NCBI GenBank assembly: GCA_964014485.1
Contig: CAXHAT010000049.1
Location: forward strand, 1 to 43,177
Reading direction: 5' to 3'
Source: an uncultured Deferribacteres bacterium
GTDB lineage: Bacteria > Zhuqueibacterota > Zhuqueibacteria > Zhuqueibacterales > Geothermadaptataceae
DNA: 43,177 nt
The notes below the pieces were generated by a model. That model had not been told where the DNA came from and did no database searches. It saw nothing but the letters and a program-made list of their open reading frames with translations. The position numbers were made by a program, and so were the translations under genes. How positions within the stretch are numbered: position 1 is the first letter of the stretch; each line of letters begins with the position of its first letter. This document shows, one piece after another, positions 27,225-35,739 of this stretch.

Positions 27225-29240
27225 ATGAGCGCTACGACGCATCTTCAAACCCGCGATTCGCGAGATAGAATGATAGACTCTTTGAAGCTCGGGGAGTCCT
27301 ATCCGCTGCGCGATTTGCCTGTGCCGAACGAAAAGCTAAAAGTGCCGCATGAAACGCCCGCGACAATTTCCATTCAGCATAGCCAGCAAAACGTTTTGTA
27401 CCAACTCTACCAATCCGGCGCTGTTGTTGAACGAATAATTGACGGCCAAAAAACGCCGGTGCAGGCGGCGGGCGACGGCGGAGCGATTCAGCTTGAGACC
27501 GACAAAATTATCGAAGACGTTACTTTCGATATTCTTGCTGTGAAACAAGCCACTTCCCGCCAAGCATGGCTGCATCAAACGGCGACAGTCAAGGTCGGCT
27601 TAAATACAGCGCTGCCTGCGCGAATCCGGTTATTTGGTCTCGATCTCGCATTTGAAACGAAACTGACGGAAGGCGTTGTCCAAGGCGACTTGAGGCAGGA
27701 ATTTCTCAATCGCGAAGTTTTTGTTGCCGAACATGCGCGCATTTTCAGCGAAAACCAGCGTTGGCGGATTGTACAAGAAAACGGTCTAAGCTACGTCATT
27801 CGCCTGGAATCCGATCGACTTGGCGTTTACGCCTTCCTGGACCAGACCGCCGAGAGTCCAGGTGACGAAGCGCCGCGTTTGATCAATTACGGCGCGAAGG
27901 TGGAAGTGCAAATTGACAATAGCCAGGAAGGCGTGGTTTATCAACTTGTCTCAATCGAAAACGGCCAGGAAAGCGTTCTTTCCGAGTCTGACATGATTGG
28001 AGACTTGCACAATATTACGTTGGTCTCAAAGCGAATTTTTGAAGATGTCGACGTTTATATTCGTGCGACTAAAAACTTCGGTTCAGGGGATCGGGCGGAG
28101 CAAAAAGAACTGCTCGACGCAATTTTGCCGCTCAAGGTGCGCGCCAACTCCAAGACATTGGTCGCCGTCGATCACGAACCGATTTTCGATTTCGACGCCT
28201 CGGGCACGATCAAAATTCCCGATTCGCAAAGCAGCGTGAATTACCAGGTTTTTATGCGCGAGATTTCCGACCGCGAGTTTGTCCACGGTTCCGCGCCTGA
28301 AGAATCTGTCATCAAAACGCCGGTCGAAAACCAGCCGGACGTGCAGGTGGAAAAGCCCGCAAGGACGGACGTTTGGTCAAAAAACGATTTTACTGCCGCT
28401 GGAGAGCCCAAGCAAGGCAACGACGGCGACTTGCGGCTGTCTTTGCCAGATTTGCAAGCGGATCACTTGGTCATCGTAAAGGCAAGCAAAGACCACGATT
28501 CCGGCGGCGCGGTTATTTCTTCCGCCTTGCAATTAGAGCAAGCGGTCGTTGTGCTTGTCCGGCCAAATCCAATGCCGAGCCTGAGACTTGAGACCGAAAT
28601 TGTCGATGGCAAAACCGGCGGGCAATTGCATATTTTTGACGGCGATCCCGGAATTTTCTATCAATTTAGCGCCGCTCCTGAAAACAAGAAAATTGAGCCG
28701 CCGGTCTATTTTCACAAACGCGACGAAATCAATCCTGCTCATAACAAAGGCTTGTCGCAGCTCAAAATCGGCGTGGATTTTGTCGTGCCGCGCACAGCCT
28801 CGCCGGCGGAAACAAATGAAAGTCCGACCCAGACAGCCCCCGAACCGCCCGTTCTCGAAACAGAAAAGTTGGCCGCCAATACGGAATTGCACATTAAGGC
28901 GATGAAAGCGCAGACGCTCGTCGAGAACGACTTGAGCAAAACTGCAATCATCGCCGAACTACCTGAAATCGCTCTCCAGGACGATGAAATCGAGACCGGC
29001 GCGACAACGAAGATTCTGGTGAAGTCCAGCGTAATTGGAGAAAAATATGAGCCGTTTCTCAACGGGCAATCATTTAAACGCGCCCGCAACGGCAACGGCG
29101 CTGATCTTTCCTTCAACACCGATCCAATAACCGAAGATACGGAATTCGAAGTGCGCGTCACACAAATCGCCCCGCCCGGCTTCCCGGTGATGCGTATTGT
29201 TAAGGTTATTGCAAAAATTCGTTTGGAAGACCAGACGTAA
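27225..29240 (+). CDS. eCIS accessory protein with ~5 Ig-like beta repeats
   Basis: Recurrent motif SQxxVxYQ...G(N/D)GxxLxL...xxDxxxxVxA; within eCIS operon; no signal peptide. Confidence 0.7.
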   Translation: MSATTHLQTRDSRDRMIDSLKLGESYPLRDLPVPNEKLKVPHETPATISIQHSQQNVLYQLYQSGAVVERIIDGQKTPVQAAGDGGAIQLETDKIIEDVTFDILAVKQATSRQAWLHQTATVKVGLNTALPARIRLFGLDLAFETKLTEGVVQGDLRQEFLNREVFVAEHARIFSENQRWRIVQENGLSYVIRLESDRLGVYAFLDQTAESPGDEAPRLINYGAKVEVQIDNSQEGVVYQLVSIENGQESVLSESDMIGDLHNITLVSKRIFEDVDVYIRATKNFGSGDRAEQKELLDAILPLKVRANSKTLVAVDHEPIFDFDASGTIKIPDSQSSVNYQVFMREISDREFVHGSAPEESVIKTPVENQPDVQVEKPARTDVWSKNDFTAAGEPKQGNDGDLRLSLPDLQADHLVIVKASKDHDSGGAVISSALQLEQAVVVLVRPNPMPSLRLETEIVDGKTGGQLHIFDGDPGIFYQFSAAPENKKIEPPVYFHKRDEINPAHNKGLSQLKIGVDFVVPRTASPAETNESPTQTAPEPPVLETEKLAANTELHIKAMKAQTLVENDLSKTAIIAELPEIALQDDEIETGATTKILVKSSVIGEKYEPFLNGQSFKRARNGNGADLSFNTDPITEDTEFEVRVTQIAPPGFPVMRIVKVIAKIRLEDQT

Positions 29241-29255
29241 CGCACTTTTTAAATA

Positions 29256-31034
29256 ATGACGATGAACTCGCAAAGACATGTCATAAAGCGCCAGGTGATT
29301 GAATTGAGCATTCCCGGAAATGCTCAGGCGCACGAATTGCAAAACGAAGTGAGCCGCATCTATCGGCGGAAAATAATTCCGCTTATTGACCAGTTTTGTA
29401 GCGAGTTGAGCGCCCCGGATCGATTGCATCGAATTGATTCGCTCGAGATTGATCTCGGCGCTGTTGATGCAAATCGTCTTGAATCTGATTTATTGCTCAG
29501 CCTGAACGACGCCCTGCCCAAGGCGCTGCAAGCCCAAATTGCCGCCCAAGAAAAGCCGGACAATGCTTCTCAAACTCCTCAGGCAAAATTGCAATCTCAA
29601 CTGGAGTTGCTCTATTTCTTTCTCCGCACCGGGGCCCTTCCCTGGTGGGCCGACGCTTCGGAACCGCGATTGTTGGAAAATTGTCTGGATTTTTTAATCC
29701 TTAATTCGCCGAGACGACTGACAGAAGCTTTGCGATCTATGGCGCGGGAAGGCAATGTTTTTCAAAGATTCGCTAACCATTTTTCTGACGATTCAATCTC
29801 ACGCGTCGTCCAGCTCATGGCCCCGGCGCTCAAACCGCCGAAAGGCGTCAACGCGGCGGAGTTATTGAGGATACTGCAAGAATCGAAAATCGGAATCGCT
29901 CGGGACAAATTCTGGCCAACCCTGCTTCGCGTCGCCGGTCTCGAAGGCCGGTCAGAAGTTTCCACGAAGGCGCTCACGCAGTCGGCGCTGACGCATGTCG
30001 CCGCCGTTAGCGGCGCAACTTATCACTCCCTAGTCACTTCCGCCGCTGATACGCTTAAAAGCTTGAAAATGGAGATCGGAGAATCCCTTCAGAACGTTTT
30101 ATTTGATCTCGCCCAATCCGCTGGCTCCGATGATAAAAAATCAGGGCAAGAACCTGTCGTTCAAACTTCATCTAAAACTTTCAGAGAACGGCTCTTGGCA
30201 GACTCATCGGAAATCCTTTCCGAATTTTGGGCGATTTTGATGGAAACGGTTCAGAATTTTCCAAACCAGATTCGAAATCCAATCCTGAATTTACTCAAAG
30301 AGTCCGAAACACCGCACAAAAAAACGGAGCGAATTTTAGCGTTGCTGGCAGAGTCGCTGCCAGCCGTTTCACTGCCGTCGGAAAAGCGCCGCCAAATGAT
30401 CGCCGCATTGCAGGAACTAATTGCAGCCAAAATTCGCCCGGAAGAATCCCGTGCGGTTATCCAGGCGATTGAGCCAGATTCGGATCATCAAGGCGGAGAA
30501 GTCGACCCGCTCGATGATTTGGAGTTCAGCGACGGCGATGAATTATATGTTTCGAACGCCGGATTGGTCATTCTTGCGCCGTTCTTGAGCCGCTTTTTTA
30601 GTCGCGTGGATTATCTTGAAAAAGGGCAATTTAAAGACGAGAAATCACAACAGCGCGCCGCCGGACTCCTGCAACTCCTCGCGTCTGGAGAATCTGAATT
30701 TCCAGAGTACTTGCTGCCGCTCAACAAAGCGCTTTGCGGGATTCATTTAACAGACCTCGTCCTTTTTGAGTCGATCCTGACAGATTTGGAAGCAAAGGAA
30801 TGTGAAAAATTTCTTGAAGCGATTATTGCACAAGCGCCTATTTTGAAGGAAATGTCGATTGACGGACTGCGCGGAACTTTTCTCTTACGAGAAGGCGTTT
30901 TGCGCACGCGTGACGGCGCCTGGCTCCTGCAAGTTGAAAGAAAAACGCACGACATCGTTCTGGATCGTTTTCCCTGGAGTTGGGAGTGGATTAAATTGCC
31001 GTGGATGGAAAAAACACTCCGCGTGGAATGGTGA
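29256..31034 (+). CDS. Contractile injection system tape measure protein (Afp14-like)
   Basis: HVIKRQVIEL, IDSLEIDLG, FLRTGALPWW; C-terminal YVSNAGLVILAPFL, LPLNKALCG, LRGTFLLREG, DRFPWS..IKLPWM..VEW. Confidence 0.9.
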   Translation: MTMNSQRHVIKRQVIELSIPGNAQAHELQNEVSRIYRRKIIPLIDQFCSELSAPDRLHRIDSLEIDLGAVDANRLESDLLLSLNDALPKALQAQIAAQEKPDNASQTPQAKLQSQLELLYFFLRTGALPWWADASEPRLLENCLDFLILNSPRRLTEALRSMAREGNVFQRFANHFSDDSISRVVQLMAPALKPPKGVNAAELLRILQESKIGIARDKFWPTLLRVAGLEGRSEVSTKALTQSALTHVAAVSGATYHSLVTSAADTLKSLKMEIGESLQNVLFDLAQSAGSDDKKSGQEPVVQTSSKTFRERLLADSSEILSEFWAILMETVQNFPNQIRNPILNLLKESETPHKKTERILALLAESLPAVSLPSEKRRQMIAALQELIAAKIRPEESRAVIQAIEPDSDHQGGEVDPLDDLEFSDGDELYVSNAGLVILAPFLSRFFSRVDYLEKGQFKDEKSQQRAAGLLQLLASGESEFPEYLLPLNKALCGIHLTDLVLFESILTDLEAKECEKFLEAIIAQAPILKEMSIDGLRGTFLLREGVLRTRDGAWLLQVERKTHDIVLDRFPWSWEWIKLPWMEKTLRVEW

Positions 31035-32383
31035 TGGAAAACAGAATTCAACAAAATGCGCGCGATCTGGAACAAGAACTGGCATGGCTGGCGCGTGTTC
31101 TCGACGCTCGTTTCAAGCTTTACTTTGGCCAGGAATGCGAACACCAACACATTTCCGAAATTTCGCCGCCTGATCTGAAAGACTCGAAATCACAGTATGC
31201 GCAATTCACACGGCATTACAAATTCGGGTTTGCTGAGCGCCTGGCAGTAATTCTCAGCCTGACGCCCCACATTCGCCCGCAATTATTGGACGTTTTTTTC
31301 GTTAAGAACAAAACCTTCGATCGCAAATTCACGGAATTTGGCGGCGTACGCTCTAACTCGGAGGGTGATTTTCACCCAACCGGCGAAACGCTGCTTTTTG
31401 TTTTGGCCGCCAACGATCTCGAAGCCCGTTTTGAATTGCAAGCGTTGTTTGATCCGGAGCATTTTTTCACCAAGCATAACATTCTCAGGCTTGAACCTTC
31501 TCCCACTGATTTTTCACCGCTGAAGTCGCCGTTGAAAATCTCTGAAGAATACCTAAGCTTGTTCACCATTGGACATTCGCACCGCCCGACTTTCGGCGCC
31601 AATTTTCCAGCGCAATTTATTGAGACGAGACGGACTTGGGATGACTTGGTGCTGCATCCCGGCACTTTGGAACAAATTGACGAAATCAGAACGTGGGTTG
31701 AGCACAACGAAACGCTGATGCGCGACTGGGAAATGGCGCCCAAGCTGCGCCCCGGCTATCGCAGTCTATTTTACGGCCCGCCCGGAACCGGGAAAACCAT
31801 GACGGCCTGTCTTTTGGGAAAATCGACCGGACGCGAAGTGTACAAGATCGATTTATCGATGGTCGTCTCGAAATATATTGGCGAGACGGAGAAGAATCTG
31901 GCCAAAGTATTCGATCAGGCGCAGCACAAACACTGGATTTTGTTTTTCGACGAAGCGGACGCCTTGTTTGGCAAACGCACACTGACAAAAGACGCGCACG
32001 ACCGCTACGCCAACCAGGAAGTTTCTTTCCTATTGCAGCGCATCGAAACGTTTGACGGCATCGCGATTCTTTCCTCAAACTTGCGCGAAAACCTTGACGA
32101 CGCTTTTGCGCGCCGCTTCGAGTCGCTCATTTATTTTCCGATACCTAATCAAGAAGATCGCTTGCGCCTTTGGAAGCAGGGATTCTCGCCCAAAATAGAA
32201 CTCGAATCATCGCTTGATCTCGAAAAGATCGCGCAAGATTACGAACTTTCCGGCGGATCGATTATGAACGTGGTCAGCTATGCTTCGTTGCAAGCGCTCA
32301 AAAACGGGGCTTCCGCGGTGGCGGCCAAAGATGTTTTACGCGGGATTCGTCGGGAGTTCGCCAAGGAAGGCAGAGAAATATAA
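31034..32383 (+). CDS. AAA+ ATPase (Afp15/Pvc15-like)
   Basis: Walker A GPPGTGKT, Walker B LFFDEADALFGKR, DRYANQEVSFLLQRIE; start moved to ATG 31034 (TGATG overlap). Confidence 0.94.
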   Translation: MENRIQQNARDLEQELAWLARVLDARFKLYFGQECEHQHISEISPPDLKDSKSQYAQFTRHYKFGFAERLAVILSLTPHIRPQLLDVFFVKNKTFDRKFTEFGGVRSNSEGDFHPTGETLLFVLAANDLEARFELQALFDPEHFFTKHNILRLEPSPTDFSPLKSPLKISEEYLSLFTIGHSHRPTFGANFPAQFIETRRTWDDLVLHPGTLEQIDEIRTWVEHNETLMRDWEMAPKLRPGYRSLFYGPPGTGKTMTACLLGKSTGREVYKIDLSMVVSKYIGETEKNLAKVFDQAQHKHWILFFDEADALFGKRTLTKDAHDRYANQEVSFLLQRIETFDGIAILSSNLRENLDDAFARRFESLIYFPIPNQEDRLRLWKQGFSPKIELESSLDLEKIAQDYELSGGSIMNVVSYASLQALKNGASAVAAKDVLRGIRREFAKEGREI

Positions 32384-32445
32384 ACCTTGCTCATTTGGCA
32401 AGATCGTTTTAAAAAACTGGCATGAAAAAACGACGGTAAAGGCTT

Positions 32446-34131
32446 ATGAATCGTACATCAAAAGAACAAAAATCTAGATGTCTGGCAACGGATGCGATAC
32501 GCTCAAACAAATCCGCAAGCCACAATGCCGCTGCAATCGCTCCGCCAAAATACAACCTGGAATTTGCAGACGCATCTGTTCAAAACGGTTTATCGGCGGT
32601 TCAAATGCAAGGTCAAGAAACGAAGGGCATCAGCGGTTTTGAGTGCGTTACTGTTGAGCATGCATTTGTTCAGGGCAAATCTGCGGCACAGACGAAGGAC
32701 GATTCCGAGAACATTCATAAAATCGCGGCGAAGGGCGTTCAGGGTACGGGCGGAAAGCTGCCGCATTTGAATCAAATCCAGAAGTCTTTTGGGCGTTTTA
32801 ACGTGAGTCAAGTTCAAGCCTACACTGGTCGGCAGAGCCGGGAATCGGCAAGCGCAATGGGCGCTCAGGCTTATGCGTCGGGCAACAAAGTGGCGTTTAG
32901 AAGCGCTAACCCTAATTTGGCGACAGCGGCGCATGAAGCCGCACATGTTGTACAACAACGTCGAGGTGTACATTTGAAGTACGGCGTCGGCAAAGTCGGA
33001 GACGTCTATGAACAACATGCAGATAGTGTGGCTGATTTGGTGGTTCGAGGTCACAGTGCAGAACCGTTGCTAGCGCGTGCACCGAATCAGCCGGTTTCTC
33101 CACAAGGCGATCGGGCTGTTCAAAAAACGCCGATACAATTTTTGACAGGTACGCCGGTTTATATTCCAAAATCCCAAACTGCACAACTCGCTGGAATTCC
33201 TGATAAGGGCAGCGGTATTTATCCGAACAAGGTCTTTCATTACAACCAAGCCAATCAAGTCACAGACAATATGGTTTCATCAACTCTGTCGCTTCCCGAT
33301 GTCCCGGGGTACGCCACAAAGCCAGGACACCAAGCGGCGCGTCAAAGGGACCTCAAAGAATACATTCTTCAAATTGACCATATCGTTCCAAAATCAAAAG
33401 GAGGCGGCAATACAAACAAGAATGGGCAGATATTGAACGCCAAGGAAAACAGAGACAAGTCATCTAACTATCCTCCAGATGATATATCAGGCGCGAGTGG
33501 CGTCAAAATATTTGTTCCAAAGCATAACCTGGTCCTGGATACAAACGCCCCTAAACAAGCGGTTTCGCTCCCCAATGGACTTAAATTGCCTACGCCAGTA
33601 AAGCTAAAATTATGGCAAGCAGATGACTATGGGTTAAATTATTGGAGAAATGTTCCCGCCCACACGAACTATCCATATAAGTTTAAATTGACAGTAGAGC
33701 AGACAATTAAGCTTGGCGATACTTGGCAGATAACCAAAGACATGCTACCATCCGGTCTTCCCAAGAACCTTATGATTTCTGCTGAACAGGCAGAAGCTTT
33801 AGGCTTCGAAAAAAAGTCCGGGAAACTTATCGCGAACACATTTATTCCTGTTGATCAAACAATCACTTTTACGGCGAATCAGGTTAAATTTATAATTGAT
33901 AACAACTTAAGCGCCAAGGGAGAACTTTCTTTTTATCCTCGAAGCGTCGACAGCTCTACGGCGCCAAATGTTGACCTGACAATCACCAAGGAGCAAATTA
34001 AAAAATTTGATCCTGACAGTACGGTAACCTTGGCTCAAAATACACAACTTAATAAAAACCTGTGGGTAGATCGTGATATTGCCTTTAATCTGGGGCTTGC
34101 TCCTGAAATGAAATACCCAATATTAGGATAG
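32446..34131 (+). CDS. DUF4157 (eCIS core, HExxH) domain protein with HNH nuclease motif; candidate eCIS effector
   Basis: LPHLNQIQKSFG..GAQAYASGNKVAF..AAHEAAHVVQQ..YEQHADSVAD; HNH-like IDHIVPKSKGGGNTNKNGQILNAKENRDK (~33373-33459). Confidence 0.85.
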   Translation: MNRTSKEQKSRCLATDAIRSNKSASHNAAAIAPPKYNLEFADASVQNGLSAVQMQGQETKGISGFECVTVEHAFVQGKSAAQTKDDSENIHKIAAKGVQGTGGKLPHLNQIQKSFGRFNVSQVQAYTGRQSRESASAMGAQAYASGNKVAFRSANPNLATAAHEAAHVVQQRRGVHLKYGVGKVGDVYEQHADSVADLVVRGHSAEPLLARAPNQPVSPQGDRAVQKTPIQFLTGTPVYIPKSQTAQLAGIPDKGSGIYPNKVFHYNQANQVTDNMVSSTLSLPDVPGYATKPGHQAARQRDLKEYILQIDHIVPKSKGGGNTNKNGQILNAKENRDKSSNYPPDDISGASGVKIFVPKHNLVLDTNAPKQAVSLPNGLKLPTPVKLKLWQADDYGLNYWRNVPAHTNYPYKFKLTVEQTIKLGDTWQITKDMLPSGLPKNLMISAEQAEALGFEKKSGKLIANTFIPVDQTITFTANQVKFIIDNNLSAKGELSFYPRSVDSSTAPNVDLTITKEQIKKFDPDSTVTLAQNTQLNKNLWVDRDIAFNLGLAPEMKYPILG

Positions 34132-34149
34132 TAGTGTGTTAGCCAGGAA

Positions 34150-34183
34150 ACTTGAAACTGATGTTGCAACATCAGTTTCAAGT
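34150..34183. repeat. Perfect 34-bp palindrome
   Basis: acttgaaactgatgttg|caacatcagtttcaagt, no loop; 19 bp after the effector stop. Confidence 0.9.
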
Positions 34184-34218
34184 GAAAGATTAAAAATCAC
34201 AACTCAAGCAAAAATCCA

Positions 34219-34449
34219 ATGAAAGACAAACTTCAAGAACGCCTGAAAGAACTCAAAGCGGAATTCGAAGCTGGACAAAAAATGATGGCGGATTTGCGGG
34301 AAAAGCAGAGAAACCTCCAGGAAACGTTGCTGCGAATCAGTGGAGCGATTCAGGTTCTTGAAGAAGAGCTGTCCGCTGACAAGGACGGGACGGAGACAAA
34401 GCCTCTCCAGGCGACCAAAAACCAGCAAAGCTCCGCCGAGCTTCCGTAG
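34219..34449 (+). CDS. Small coiled-coil protein at the eCIS locus end
   Basis: 76 aa heptad pattern, LQETLLRISGAIQVLEEEL; same strand as eCIS genes. Confidence 0.75.
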   Translation: MKDKLQERLKELKAEFEAGQKMMADLREKQRNLQETLLRISGAIQVLEEELSADKDGTETKPLQATKNQQSSAELP

Positions 34450-34719
34450 AAAATCCCGGCGCGACCAACATTGATGCTCGATAAGGTTCTTGCGTTGACA
34501 ATTAGCTTCTCAGCCCTTCCTTGTCATAGCTTTGGACGATTTTCCAACCGCTTTGAATTTCCCTGCGTCAGAAAAGAGCGCATGAGCGCAAGAATCGCAC
34601 TCCCCCACCCTTCCGACAAATATACAACCTGGGATTTGAAACCTTTTTCAGACTTTTTCCTAAAAGCGTAGGATACTCAATCGCTCTTCTTCGTTCTCAA
34701 GAATCAATCAGGTACCCCC

Positions 34720-35308
34720 ATCAAAAGCGCCATCACAAAAACAGCCGTCCCGGCGTTTCTATTTTATTTCGCTTCATTTAACTTTGGCCAGAGTTTGGAA
34801 CCACTTTACGAACACTTGTCCATCGTAAACGGTCTCCCGGACGATAATATTCTACACATTATTCAAGACCCCGCAGCTTCATTTGGCTTGGCTCTTACAG
34901 CGGCGGGCTAAGCAGATGCAGGGAATAGCCTCTAACTCAGGCGCTATTGCATGTGATATCATGACGCCTAAAAAGGACGGTTATGAAGTCTGCCGTACTT
35001 TGAAACAGGACAAAAAGACCTCCCATATTCCAATCATTTTGTTGACGGCGAGAGCACCCATCAAGCGGAATTTTAACAAGACCAGACGGTAATTTCAGCG
35101 TAAAGTGCGGGCGTTGACCGACCAAACGCCTTCGCAATTCATCCGAGCCATGCGTCTGGAGCACGCCAAAAAATTAATCGAAAGCAACGCCGGTTCTATT
35201 ACTGAAATCGCGTTTCAGACCGGTTTCAATAATCTCTCCTATTTCGCCAGATCGTTCAAAGAGCGCTTCGGCGCCCCGCCCTCCGCATTGGAAAAACAAT
35301 CCATATAG
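34720..35308 (+). pseudogene. Collapsed hybrid two-component system (Reg_prop sensor / receiver / AraC HTH remnants)
   Basis: YEHLSIVNGLPDDNILHIIQD + frameshift + FIWLGSYSGGLSR (~34807-34917); receiver fragment CDIMTPKKDGYEVCRTLK..HIPIILLTAR; AraC fragment TPSQFIRAMRLEHAKKL..ITEIAFQTGFNNLSYFARSFKERFG; 5' boundary approximate. Confidence 0.82.
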
Positions 35309-35541
35309 TCTGAATTCTTCATAACAAGAAAATCCGCCAACCTTTATTCACCTGCCTAAATTGTGCGTTCATAAGTTCAATTCGGCGATTCGCAGATTTA
35401 CAAAAAACTTCTCCGCCATGCGGCGTTTCTTATAACTGATGTTACGCGCTTACCAATAATGCATGCTGTAGATTGGTTTTCAATCGAATCGAATATTGCA
35501 ATTGAAAATGAAGCTGTCTGCCCCCAAAAACGTTTCTCAAG

Positions 35542-35634
35542 GTCATTCCTGCGCAGGCAGGAATCCAGGGGCAGTGCACCATTTTCTGGATTCCTACCGG
35601 AGTTTATCCTCGCGCAGGCGGGGACAGGAATGAC
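35542..35634. repeat. REP-like palindromic element, same family as 1-75
   Basis: gtcattcctgcgcaggcaggaatccag ... ctggattcct[accggagtttatcctcgcgcaggcggggac]aggaatgac. Confidence 0.8.
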
Positions 35635-35739
35635 TCGTAGAGCAAAGCTTTTAGTCAAATGCCATAGCATTGGTCAGCCGTGTAAGATCAGTTATCAACG
35701 TTTCCAAATCAAATCCCAATTGAAAAGAAGGAGAGAGTT

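Noticed and set aside
31001..31033. Longer ATPase start at 31001
   Set aside because: Overlaps the conserved tape-measure C-terminus; the TGATG-coupled ATG at 31034 is more plausible
8066..34449. Prophage or T6SS interpretation of the tail genes
   Set aside because: No capsid, portal, terminase or integrase, and no TssJLM/TssK/ClpV; DUF4255, Afp14-type tape measure, Afp15 ATPase and DUF4157 point to eCIS
34471..34671. 66-aa ORF after the coiled-coil gene as an immunity protein
   Set aside because: TTG start, no clear RBS, no recognisable motif; cannot be supported
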